A stretch of 64,000 bases of DNA, taken from IMG/VR virus record IMGVR_UViG_3300047160_020099, positions 32,001 to 96,000 of that record; one strand, written 5' to 3'. The stretch comes from a virus. A program made the translations under genes and the position numbers. Shown here one piece after another: positions 38,773-47,411 of the stretch. The notes beneath the pieces are model-generated. The model saw nothing but the letters and a program-made list of their open reading frames with translations. It was not told where the DNA came from and did no database searches. Within the stretch, counting starts at the first letter, position 1. Each line of letters begins with the position of its first letter.

Positions 38773-39624
38773 ATGCGTAAGCTCTTTGCCGTTTTCGCTC
38801 TGCTTGCTGCACTGACTTTTGCCAGCCCGGCTGGTGCCTGGTTCCGTGGAGGCTGTTGCGGCCCACGGTGTGGTGCCTCGTCCTTTAGCTTCCGTGGAGG
38901 CTTCTCCAGCGGAGGCTTCGGCTACGGTGGCTACAACTTCGGCCGCAGCTACGCACTGAACGCGCCGTTCTCTCTCCAGACCTTCGCGCCGGCGATGTCG
39001 TCTGGGTTTTCTTTCCAGGCCGCGCCGAGCATGCTGCAGTCTGACGTGTTCCAGCAGGTGATCCCGCCTATCGTCCAGCAGCGGGTGATCCAGCCGGCTA
39101 TCATCGAACAGACCATGACACGGCCATCGATCCAGACCTTCATGTCTGGATATGATCCTGGCTACCAGAGCAGCTACAGCTATCCGACAAACACGTACGA
39201 CACTGGCTACGATACCGGCGGCTATGGCTACGACCCCGGCAGCTATAGCTACGGCGGAGGTTACAGTCTGCCCTTCAACTCCGGCTTCAGCTCTGGCTAC
39301 AGCGGTGGCGGTTTCAGCTTGCCGTTCTCTGGCGGCTTTCGCTCTGGCTACGGCTTCGGCGGCGGCTTCTACGGCGGGTTCCGCGGGGGCTTCCGCAGTG
39401 ATGCCCGTACGCTGCCGATCCGTTTCCCCGGGTTCAGAGGCTCGGGCTTCTCCGCTGGCTTCGGAGGCTTCGGAGGCTTCGGTGGCTTCTCGCCGTTCTC
39501 TTCGACCAACGTCAACGTGAGCCGAGGAGGCCTGTTCGGCCGACGTACCAACGTCAATGTGCAATCGTTCTCGCCGTTCTCTTCGTCCAACGTCAATGTG
39601 AACGTTGGCAGACGGCGCTTCTGA
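38773..39624 (+). CDS. Exported low-complexity G/F/Y/S-rich protein with NVNV repeats
   Basis: AGGAGG RBS; MRKLFAVFALLAALTFASPAGA signal peptide; followed by a terminator. Confidence 0.82.
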   Translation: MRKLFAVFALLAALTFASPAGAWFRGGCCGPRCGASSFSFRGGFSSGGFGYGGYNFGRSYALNAPFSLQTFAPAMSSGFSFQAAPSMLQSDVFQQVIPPIVQQRVIQPAIIEQTMTRPSIQTFMSGYDPGYQSSYSYPTNTYDTGYDTGGYGYDPGSYSYGGGYSLPFNSGFSSGYSGGGFSLPFSGGFRSGYGFGGGFYGGFRGGFRSDARTLPIRFPGFRGSGFSAGFGGFGGFGGFSPFSSTNVNVSRGGLFGRRTNVNVQSFSPFSSSNVNVNVGRRRF

Positions 39625-39647
39625 ACTTCGGCCGTCGCCAGTCCCAA

Positions 39648-39681
39648 GGACGCCGTCGCCACAAGCGACGGCGTCTTTTTT
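39648..39681 (+). terminator. Rho-independent terminator
   Basis: GACGCCGTCGC-CACAA-GCGACGGCGTC followed by T6. Confidence 0.85.
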
Positions 39682-39697
39682 GAACCATGGTTGTGCC

Positions 39698-41104
39698 ATG
39701 CCTTTCGAGTACCCAACTGACCAGCGTGACAACCTGAATGTCTACGCGAGCCTGATAGCCAGCTTCTGGACCACGCTATTCGGCAACGTCGATAACGTGG
39801 TGGACCTGCTGCGCACCTACAAGCTGTCCGAGCGGCAGCTGGCCGGCCAGATGCAGGAGCTGCAAGACACCGTTGGTCGGCAGACTTGTCCCGTCCACCA
39901 CACTCAGGACTGGTACGAGCTTACGCTGCTCCTGTCTACTCGGCAGGCTGGACCCATACCCGGTAGTGTCAGTTACGTTTTGCCGGCAGTTTTACAGAAC
40001 TGCCTACAGGTCACCAACGCCATCACAACCCCTTCCGCAGCCTGGCACAATGGCGTCTCGATGACGATCGACCCGGTCAACCACCTCATCAACTTCGCCG
40101 CCGATCCATTCAACGACCCGAATGTAGTACCTGTACCTGTTCACGATTCCACAGGCACGGTCATCGATACAGCGCTGACGCTGTGGCTCTTCAAGGCGAA
40201 GCTCGACTGGCAGTATCTCTACGAGCAATTCGGTTACGTGGTTGGCGTCGGACAAGACATGGCAAGCACCTACGCCCTCAAGACCTTGCTCAACGCCGTC
40301 TATGACGCCTACACCGCGGGCAGTACCTACGACGCTGTAAGCCGGCTGTTAACAGCACTCACGGACATACCACTCGCGGTCGGCAACGAGACTGTACAGG
40401 CGATCACGCAAGACGCCACCAACTTGCTCGTTATAACCGACCAAACTGTGTATAAGTTCTCGCCAGACGCAACGGCAGTTGTACTGCCTGGGCAACAGCT
40501 CAACCGCAACGATCCGCTCACCGACGCCTTGCAGATCATCGAGCCGACAGCTGGGGTCATCCCGCCGATAATCTCGCAGCTCTCCCTCGGCCCTGGCTTC
40601 CTGCTCGTCGATATTTCGAACGAGCTGCTGTTCAAAAATGCCTCGGTCCCCCTGAACGTGCAGACGGGCGTGAGTGGCTACACAAAGCTGACCTGGCAGT
40701 TGGGCGGCTTTACCACCGACGTGACGACGTTCTTCAACGACCTGCATTCAAGAGGTGTGGCGGCTGGTGCCACGCTCGCCAATTACCTGGATACGCGGAC
40801 GGTACCCGTCGGACAACCAACCGCTGCTGATCTGCCTACCGGTATCAACCCTCTTCAGTTCCTGGTGCAGAACGTCCTTCGCAACAACTGTCTGTTCGTG
40901 TATCTGAAGGTAGACCAGTTTGGCCCCAAGGCACTTGGCACCGGTCTGGCCAGCTTGTTGCGACAGGTGGTGCCGCCACACATGACCGTGATCGTCTACG
41001 CCGAGGTCGTCCAGGCTACTGAGGCCGTTACAATGAACGGTGTTGGCAGTCTGACCAACCCTGGCTATGCTGAGAGCTATTCGCTCTATACCACACCCGG
41101 TTAA
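39698..41104 (+). CDS. Putative baseplate wedge or peripheral protein
   Basis: SFWT..F, YEQFGY.VG, NAVYDA...G, L.A....P patterns; position between J-like and fibre genes. Confidence 0.65.
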   Translation: MPFEYPTDQRDNLNVYASLIASFWTTLFGNVDNVVDLLRTYKLSERQLAGQMQELQDTVGRQTCPVHHTQDWYELTLLLSTRQAGPIPGSVSYVLPAVLQNCLQVTNAITTPSAAWHNGVSMTIDPVNHLINFAADPFNDPNVVPVPVHDSTGTVIDTALTLWLFKAKLDWQYLYEQFGYVVGVGQDMASTYALKTLLNAVYDAYTAGSTYDAVSRLLTALTDIPLAVGNETVQAITQDATNLLVITDQTVYKFSPDATAVVLPGQQLNRNDPLTDALQIIEPTAGVIPPIISQLSLGPGFLLVDISNELLFKNASVPLNVQTGVSGYTKLTWQLGGFTTDVTTFFNDLHSRGVAAGATLANYLDTRTVPVGQPTAADLPTGINPLQFLVQNVLRNNCLFVYLKVDQFGPKALGTGLASLLRQVVPPHMTVIVYAEVVQATEAVTMNGVGSLTNPGYAESYSLYTTPG

Positions 41105-41114
41105 GGAGCCAAAT

Positions 41115-41249
41115 ATGCCTCATGTGCTCATTGCGGCTGTCTTGTTGCTGGTCGTGCTGGCAGTTGCAGGCTCGCGCGACAAGGAGTACGAGGGCAAGCC
41201 AGTCATCCTGCCGTTCAAGCGACCCGACAGGAAGGGTAATTCGGCATGA
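41115..41249 (+). CDS. Small single-pass membrane protein (44 aa)
   Basis: TAAGGAG RBS; hydrophobic N-half; ATGA overlap with next gene. Confidence 0.6.
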   Translation: MPHVLIAAVLLLVVLAVAGSRDKEYEGKPVILPFKRPDRKGNSA

Positions 41250-41893
41250 CGCCTCTCAAGAAACGCTGGCGACGCCTGGAGAAGCGAGTACCAGGGCTGT
41301 ACGTCAATCCGGATATCTGTCATGGGCGGTATCAGATCTACCGGATTGACGAGGCTACCGGCCACTGGGACTTCTTGTTCTCCAAAGAGAACCTGGTCCT
41401 GTACACCTGGGGCTACCTTGCCTGCCAGTGCATTGGCCGTGGTAATCCAGCCTACGCTGTGGCAGCCGCTTACCTGGAGTACATGAACGTCGTTACAGCG
41501 GGCACCGTGGTAACGCCGCCTACCTACGACCGCTCGGCCGGCCTATCCTATTTCAGCGGCTTGCCAGTCAACAAGGATTATCTGCGTGTGCCGCTCGTTG
41601 GACTGCCAACGATTGACATTGCTCCTGGCTATGAGCCGTACTTCGTCTCTGGCTCAACCGGCAACCGTGCAACATTCGTTGCACAAAGCACCGGTACTGT
41701 GGGAGTGAACGGCCAACCTTACTCGGCGGCTGCGTTGTCCACAGTCTATGGTGTCACGCTTGTTGCTACACCAGTGCAGAACACACCTGCCGACGACATC
41801 ATCCTGAGTCGTGGGTATTTCAATACTAACGACCAGCAGTTGAAGCAGGACGGCAGCCAGATCGGCGTCCGCTGGAAGATCAGTTTCCAATGA
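41246..41893 (+). CDS. Putative baseplate or tail-fibre attachment protein
   Basis: NLVL..., DYLRVPL, K....QIGVRW.I.F C-terminal pattern; precedes the fibre gene. Confidence 0.6.
   Translation: MTPLKKRWRRLEKRVPGLYVNPDICHGRYQIYRIDEATGHWDFLFSKENLVLYTWGYLACQCIGRGNPAYAVAAAYLEYMNVVTAGTVVTPPTYDRSAGLSYFSGLPVNKDYLRVPLVGLPTIDIAPGYEPYFVSGSTGNRATFVAQSTGTVGVNGQPYSAAALSTVYGVTLVATPVQNTPADDIILSRGYFNTNDQQLKQDGSQIGVRWKISFQ
41814..41827. repeat. Dispersed palindrome variant GGTATTTCAATACT
   Basis: One mismatch; inside a CDS. Confidence 0.6.
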
Positions 41894-41906
41894 GCAGGGA
41901 TGCGTT

Positions 41907-43319
41907 GTGACACGCTGGAATAGCTCAAATTGCCCGACGCCGGGGCCGGTCACCGACCATACTCCTACCACACCGTCGGCCATACCACCCTGTCCGGAGT
42001 CTTTTACCGGCACCAGTGTTGGCACAGCTGGGCCACGTGGTCAACGCGGTGCTCCTGGTACCGTTGGGCCGCGTGGACCAAGAGGAGTAGGTGGTCAGGT
42101 CGGCCCACAAGGCACTACAGGGGCAACAGGCGCAACAGGTCCACAAGGGCCTTCCGGCGGGCCACAAGGGCCACAAGGAGCAACTGGGCCACAGGGCCCG
42201 CAAGGGGCACGAGGTGCCACCGGTGCGACAGGCCCGCAAGGGCCACAAGGGGTCCCCGGACCACAGGGACCACAAGGTCCGCAGGGTGTTGCCGGGCCAC
42301 AAGGACCATACGGGCCACAAGGCGCTACTGGGCCTGTTGGTGGCTCGGGTAGGCCTGGCAGAGCTGGTCCAGCAGGGCCACGCGGACCGCGCGGACCACA
42401 CGGTCCTGGCGGACCACAAGGGCCACGAGGTGCCACAGGGCCACAAGGCCCGCAAGGTTTCCAGGGTCCCCAAGGTCCGCCCGGCACCTACACAGCTGGT
42501 AACGGCATCAGCATTGTGGGCAGCGTGATCTCAGTGGCTCCGACCATTCCGCAGGCCACCACTGTCAGCGTTGCTGATACAGGTACCAATACCACGCCCA
42601 CAGTCGCTACGCTGAACCACTCGACGTCCAACACGCCGGCCGATGGTCTTGGCTTACTTATGAAGGCCATGGTCGATACAAGTACAACAGCTAGTCAGGA
42701 AGTTGGTCAGCTGGAAATGTCGTGGGCAACCGTGGCTCATGCCTCACGTAAAGCCCAGGCAGTATGTCGGCTTCAAGATGCAGCTGGCGCCCGTGAGATC
42801 TGGCGAGGTAAAGCTGACGGAGCTAATCCAAACATCGGCTTCCTCGGAGCCACGCCATCAGCAGCGTTGGCTTCGCCCGATATGGGTACGCTCGCCACGA
42901 CGTTCGGTCTGGCGTCTGGCACGCCGACATTCAATGCCGTGAACCTTACTAATACGGCAAGCGCTGGAATACCAACTACCGGATCTGCGGCCTCGGGCAA
43001 CGTCAAATACAGCACAGGGACCATAACAGCCAACGGGATTGTGCAAGGCACTGCTACTCCCGTGACCCACGACAACGAAACGGTAACAATCCCGAACTCA
43101 AGTAACACGGCAGTCATCTTGCCGTCGGCTGCAGGTGGACAGCGTATTACCATCATCAACTCCAGTAACACCTTCAGCGTGGCGGTTTTTCCAGCCTCCG
43201 GTGAAACGATCGGTGGCGGGGTGGCCAACGCTGCGTTTACACTAGGGCTAAGCACCAAGATGATGTTCTGCGCTGTAAGCTCTACACACTGGACGGGACT
43301 AGGATTCGACATCAGTTGA
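41907..43319 (+). CDS. Collagen-like tail fibre protein
   Basis: About 50 Gly-X-Y triplets (~42030-42485), then YTAGNGISI and a beta-rich C-domain. Confidence 0.85.
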   Translation: MTRWNSSNCPTPGPVTDHTPTTPSAIPPCPESFTGTSVGTAGPRGQRGAPGTVGPRGPRGVGGQVGPQGTTGATGATGPQGPSGGPQGPQGATGPQGPQGARGATGATGPQGPQGVPGPQGPQGPQGVAGPQGPYGPQGATGPVGGSGRPGRAGPAGPRGPRGPHGPGGPQGPRGATGPQGPQGFQGPQGPPGTYTAGNGISIVGSVISVAPTIPQATTVSVADTGTNTTPTVATLNHSTSNTPADGLGLLMKAMVDTSTTASQEVGQLEMSWATVAHASRKAQAVCRLQDAAGAREIWRGKADGANPNIGFLGATPSAALASPDMGTLATTFGLASGTPTFNAVNLTNTASAGIPTTGSAASGNVKYSTGTITANGIVQGTATPVTHDNETVTIPNSSNTAVILPSAAGGQRITIINSSNTFSVAVFPASGETIGGGVANAAFTLGLSTKMMFCAVSSTHWTGLGFDIS

Positions 43320-43334
43320 GAAAACGAGGAAGCC

Positions 43335-43796
43335 ATGCGAGGCGAATATACAGTATCGGTTGCACTTACCGGCGTGGGACCCCCGGCCACCATTCCAGCA
43401 ACGCTGCTTTTGCTCAAAACACCATCAGCTGCAATAGTTGAGGTGCTGGAAGCCTGGATCCAGTCCGAAGACGGTATTGCTCAGCAGATATCTGGGGCTC
43501 TATCCAGAGTTGCTAGTCCTGGCTCGCCAGCTGGCTCGACAGTTACGCCCGAGAAGATGGAGCCCGGCGATCAGGCTAGTGGTTGTACTGTGATCGTTAA
43601 TGTCGAACCTACTGGCAGCTATGACGGCGTTCCTGTTGACTGGCAAGGGGCACCAGCAACCTCTGGCTATCTGTTCAGTGAACCGGTTGGAATGGGCGCC
43701 TTCGCAGCTCCGAGCACCGGCATCGGGCTGAGGATCGAAGAGATCACAACTGCTGGCAATTTCATCGTCGGGCTGCGCTGGGTCGAACACGGATGA
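43335..43796 (+). CDS. Hypothetical, probably structural protein
   Basis: GAGGA RBS; beta-rich. Confidence 0.7.
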   Translation: MRGEYTVSVALTGVGPPATIPATLLLLKTPSAAIVEVLEAWIQSEDGIAQQISGALSRVASPGSPAGSTVTPEKMEPGDQASGCTVIVNVEPTGSYDGVPVDWQGAPATSGYLFSEPVGMGAFAAPSTGIGLRIEEITTAGNFIVGLRWVEHG

Positions 43797-43809
43797 GTAT
43801 TCCGATACT
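43796..43809. repeat. Dispersed palindrome variant AGTATTCCGATACT
   Basis: One mismatch; overlaps a TGA stop. Confidence 0.65.
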
Positions 43810-43877
43810 CGTCTTGTCGGTCGTCCGCCAGGCAGCTACACTGGCTGACGACTGGCATTCCTTCAACGGAGGTGAGC

Positions 43878-44306
43878 ATGAATGGTAAGGTTGAGGTGAA
43901 GATGGTTGGTGCCAACCAGCTTCCAGACTTCCTGCTGAAGCTGTTCAATCAGCTCGGCTGCAACCTCGGGCCGGAGGCTCAGGGCAATGGGGAAGACGCC
44001 GTGCCCGTTGAGCCAGATCCGTATGCCGGTCTGTGTAACTTCGTGGCCGACCAGATGTACTCCATCGACTGCGGCAAGCAGAAGTTCGATGAGAGGCTGA
44101 CAGCTCTGGCCGACAGTCTCGACAAGCATCCGCAGACACAGACCGAGGTTCATCGGCTTCGCGAGGCTGTGTCGCACAAGCTGGATGAGCTCCGCGATAC
44201 GATGCTGCTTCTCGACCCGGTGCTGAAGAACCTGGCCAACGAACAGAAGGCCCAGCAGACAGCCGCGGAGAAGGAAGCCTTCCTCCAGGAAGCCATCAGC
44301 AGCTGA
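43878..44306 (+). CDS. Hypothetical coiled-coil protein
   Basis: GGAGGTGA RBS; followed by a terminator. Confidence 0.75.
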   Translation: MNGKVEVKMVGANQLPDFLLKLFNQLGCNLGPEAQGNGEDAVPVEPDPYAGLCNFVADQMYSIDCGKQKFDERLTALADSLDKHPQTQTEVHRLREAVSHKLDELRDTMLLLDPVLKNLANEQKAQQTAAEKEAFLQEAISS

Positions 44307-44328
44307 ACAAGCTGGTACTTTGCTGACG

Positions 44329-44359
44329 AAGGCCGGGCAGAAGCCCGGCCTTTTTGTTT
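44329..44359 (+). terminator. Rho-independent terminator
   Basis: GGCCGGGC-AGAA-GCCCGGCC followed by TTTTTGTTT. Confidence 0.85.
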
Positions 44360-44383
44360 GGTAGAATCGGGCTGGAGGCACAC

Positions 44384-44818
44384 ATGGCGACACACAGCAT
44401 AACCGTCACACGCTCCATCCCGGTCCAAACCGTAACGTTCGCTCCACCAGGTACGCCTGGTGTAGTGCAGAACTACACACTGAGCTTTGCCCAGATCTAC
44501 ACGGCGAGCGACGGCGTCGGCATTGACGACAACATCTTCTTGATGAATCAGCGGCCTGTAGACCCCACCAATCTCGGCGGCCCGCAGACTGCCGATTACG
44601 TGGGCGTCTGCTCTCCATATGATCTGGCAACCTGGTCGGTAAACGCTCCGGCGCCCGGCCAGACTCTCTTCCGTGTCCTCCAGGTGAACCGTTCTTTCCA
44701 GAATCAGAACGACGCCGACGTTGAGTGGACAGTTGTCAAGGAAGACGTGCAGCTGTTAATCAACGTGCTCAAGGCGAACGACAACCTCAACAACGTCGAG
44801 GTCTTTACTGCTTCGTGA
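44384..44818 (+). CDS. Hypothetical protein
   Basis: GGAGG RBS; TGGTAGAAT extended -10-like element at 44359-44367. Confidence 0.75.
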   Translation: MATHSITVTRSIPVQTVTFAPPGTPGVVQNYTLSFAQIYTASDGVGIDDNIFLMNQRPVDPTNLGGPQTADYVGVCSPYDLATWSVNAPAPGQTLFRVLQVNRSFQNQNDADVEWTVVKEDVQLLINVLKANDNLNNVEVFTAS

Positions 44819-44821
44819 GCC

Positions 44822-45082
44822 ATGCTCATCGACGATTCCACAATCAACGCACTGTTACAACGGCCAGAAATGGTCAGGGAGTTCCCTTTCCTGCTGGCCA
44901 CTACCGAGAATGCAAAGGTATGTTGCGGGCGTAGCCGTCGCGTTGCGAACTACCCAATCATCAAGCAGACGATTGCCGGCATGCCCACGGAGCGTAAGGA
45001 GCTCTTCAAGAAGATGCTGGGCGTGCTTTCTTGCCGAGTTGTCTTCCAGGTCAACAACTCCATCTCCGATATCACGATCTAA
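44822..45082 (+). CDS. Hypothetical protein
   Basis: Packed behind the previous gene; typical codon usage. Confidence 0.7.
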   Translation: MLIDDSTINALLQRPEMVREFPFLLATTENAKVCCGRSRRVANYPIIKQTIAGMPTERKELFKKMLGVLSCRVVFQVNNSISDITI

Positions 45083-45108
45083 AATAGTCGTAAAAGTGCG
45101 ACATTATT
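45080..45108 (+). promoter_or_regulatory. Candidate promoter TAAA-N14-GCGACATTATT for the structured RNA
   Basis: Same spacing as 232 and 644; predicted start near 45113 coincides with the first helix. Confidence 0.5.
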
Positions 45109-45112
45109 GTAT

Positions 45113-45778
45113 GCAGGATCACTACTTCTCGGCCTTTTCGGCCGGGAAGGAATGGCCTGCGACAGGAATCAGCTGTTGGCTTTGGAGTACATCTTGAGCA
45201 CCATTGAGATGTCGGCGAAAGCCGGCCTCCGAGGCCTCCCCTCGCTGATTCTTGTGGCCCCGGCGTGCTAACACCACGCCGGGGTCCCAAACGGTGTGTT
45301 GTGCGCAAGCTGACCGGCCTAACATCACCTACAAAAGCCGGCCTACACGAGGGCCGGTTCGACGTGCGAAAGCACGGACTGTGGCCTGTCCCCTGAAAGA
45401 CACGGGGCAATGGTGATACAACACACCGAACAGGGGCGGGCGCACGCCCGCGTCGCCGCCCCTGCCACTGTCCCTGTGAGCGAACACAGGGGGACAGGCC
45501 GCCAGCGGTCGAGCGACCGGCCAATCGACCGCTGGCACCTTCTAACATCGCCCGGCTTTCTGTCCTTCGCTGGGCGGTGTTGCCAGCGGCCGGCCCCGGT
45601 CAAGTGTACGGCCGCTGGCATTTCAGCTGCCTCCTGCCGGGAGCCTGTCCGCCCCGGCCCACATCGAAATCCTTCACGCCGCTTTGTTAAGCGGGTGGAT
45701 GATTGTGCCGGCAGCCCCCTGCCCGGCCTACAATCCTCTTACCCACTTCTCAAGCTCGTGATAGGATTACCGATGTGG
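45113..45778 (+). ncRNA. Candidate large, highly structured non-coding RNA (~670 nt), family unassigned
   Basis: Longest gene-free gap in the window; more than 15 nested or adjacent helices with G-U pairs, two GAAA tetraloops and complementary loops. Confidence 0.75.
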
Positions 45779-45834
45779 ATTTCATCCATCTTTGTCTTGT
45801 AGGACGACCTTTGCTTTACATATTGGGGAACCCA

Positions 45835-46113
45835 ATGCTCCGTTTCATCGAAGATAAGTGCGTCCAGACACCACAGAACATGTTGGTGATTGTAGAGGCC
45901 GACACCCCGCCCGAATTGACCAACCGTCAGGCACGCGACGCTGTGCTGGTCTGGGCCAGGCGACAGGGCTTTCCGGCCCGAGGGATCAGTGGCATCCCAC
46001 AGACCTATCCTGTTGACGCGAAGGGTGAGACCAACCCCGAGGTCGTGATGGGCAAGGTGCCTACCGCTGCACATCGAGCTGACTATCAACTGAGCGCCGG
46101 GATTGTCGTGTGA
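45835..46113 (+). CDS. Hypothetical protein (start refined from track 45703)
   Basis: GGGGA RBS inside a small ATTGGG/CCCAAT hairpin; GTGA overlap with next gene. Confidence 0.7.
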   Translation: MLRFIEDKCVQTPQNMLVIVEADTPPELTNRQARDAVLVWARRQGFPARGISGIPQTYPVDAKGETNPEVVMGKVPTAAHRADYQLSAGIVV

Positions 46114-46640
46114 AGATACCTTTCACCATCCATGCCGTAAGCGAGGTAACACACACGCTTACGCCAGCAAAGCGGCACCGGCTGCTCCGGCTGCTGGGTA
46201 GAACGGAAGAACGGCTCGACGACGGCAATATCGAGCTCACACCAGCACAAGCCCTGGTACTGTGGACAGCAGACGCCTTGATGGTGCGGACGGCGTTGCC
46301 GCTGGACCAGCAAGACTTCCTCCTCGAAGAACTCCACCGGACCATAGCAGACATCGGCCGACGCATCTGGCTGACGCTGGAAAAGTTCGAAGAGAAGGAC
46401 GAGCGTGGTGACGTCATCACGGCTCACCTGATGCTCTGGGACTCCCGGTTCGTGTCCGTCAGTGGCAAGAGCGGCTACCTCGATCTGCAAAAAGCTGTCT
46501 GGTTGACGAAGCTGGACAGAGCGCCGCTGTGGACCCAGTCTTGTGACCTGACGACCCTCTTCATAAGCTACCGGGCACGGATGGCCAAGCTGCATCCCGG
46601 CAGGAGAGATACCGATGCCGAGCGAATACCAGCTGCTTGA
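46110..46640 (+). CDS. Hypothetical protein
   Basis: Coupled to both neighbours. Confidence 0.7.
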   Translation: MKIPFTIHAVSEVTHTLTPAKRHRLLRLLGRTEERLDDGNIELTPAQALVLWTADALMVRTALPLDQQDFLLEELHRTIADIGRRIWLTLEKFEEKDERGDVITAHLMLWDSRFVSVSGKSGYLDLQKAVWLTKLDRAPLWTQSCDLTTLFISYRARMAKLHPGRRDTDAERIPAA

Positions 46641-47346
46641 GAATCGTCTGGCGACCTTCTGGCGCGATCCTCAGATGTTTGGCTTCAACCTCCTGGTATT
46701 GTTCATGGACGTCTACGGAGCCGAAGGCCTCAACTGGATGCCTGAGACTATCGAGATGGAGATCCGCGACGACAGTGGCGTCGATCTGCCGGAAGCCAAC
46801 TTCGACAAGCTGCTGACAGCCATTTCTCTTCTTGTCACTGACAACTTCTTCGTGAGCCCGACAGACTTCACACGAGCGTGTGTGGTCCTGTCAGGCCATG
46901 TCGTGAACCCCGGTTCTCTGATCCTGCCCGACTGTGCCGATCTGGCCTGGGGCCTCACCGAAGGCATGATGATCAATCCACCTGACGAAGATAACGAGGC
47001 ACCCTTCTCGAAAGAGATTGTTGCTTACGTAGGTGCGTGTCTGAATGACGAAGGTATTCTGAACCCTCCTGATATCCTGCGTATCGGCCTCCGTGACAAA
47101 GATTTGGCTGACAACGCACGGTACAGCTTTTCCGACGACCCGGAGATGATGGCGGCGATTTCTGGCTTCGAAGAAGACAAGACGTCGTCCATCAACTCTC
47201 TGGTTCTCAACCGGCTCAAGGACCTGTTCGCGCAACTCCAGTTGTTGCCCCTCAAGAACGGTCAGGCCGTTGCTGTAGCACGGAAGATGATGGCCGGGCT
47301 GGCCCATCAACCCGCTAGCGGCTCACCGCTAAATTCACCCGTTTGA
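46615..47346 (+). CDS. Hypothetical acidic protein
   Basis: AGGAG RBS; 243 aa. Confidence 0.78.
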   Translation: MPSEYQLLENRLATFWRDPQMFGFNLLVLFMDVYGAEGLNWMPETIEMEIRDDSGVDLPEANFDKLLTAISLLVTDNFFVSPTDFTRACVVLSGHVVNPGSLILPDCADLAWGLTEGMMINPPDEDNEAPFSKEIVAYVGACLNDEGILNPPDILRIGLRDKDLADNARYSFSDDPEMMAAISGFEEDKTSSINSLVLNRLKDLFAQLQLLPLKNGQAVAVARKMMAGLAHQPASGSPLNSPV

Positions 47347-47359
47347 GTATTGGAATACA
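47346..47359. repeat. Dispersed palindrome variant AGTATTGGAATACA
   Basis: One mismatch; overlaps a TGA stop, upstream of the AAA ATPase. Confidence 0.65.
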
Positions 47360-47411
47360 TGCAGTTGTCGGTACCACGGGGTGCCGGCGTATCGCTGCGC
47401 GCGGAGATCCG

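Noticed and set aside
3385-39732. Long minus-strand ORFs such as 3385-4590, 19631-20959, 24975-25895 and 38581-39732
   Set aside because: Antisense shadows of well-supported plus-strand genes, expected with GC-rich codon bias
42030-42485. CRISPR array or DNA tandem-repeat element
   Set aside because: The 9-bp periodicity is explained by collagen Gly-X-Y coding; no repeat-spacer structure
16208-43319. Stand-alone contractile injection system (eCIS, T6SS or tailocin)
   Set aside because: Terminase, neck-like genes, RNR and homing endonucleases in the same window indicate a true phage
45113-45778. tmRNA, RNase P RNA or tRNA cluster
   Set aside because: No GGGG...CCA acceptor ends with a T-arm, no GAGGAAAGTCC motif and no cloverleaf found by eye
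45096-45780. Group II intron (the region begins with GTGCG)
   Set aside because: No domain V hairpin with a catalytic triad near the 3' end, no RT ORF and no interrupted gene; the GTGCG overlaps the promoter-like motif
45072-45802. Short track ORFs across the structured region
   Set aside because: No RBS, R/P/A-rich shadow-like composition, mutually overlapping on both strands
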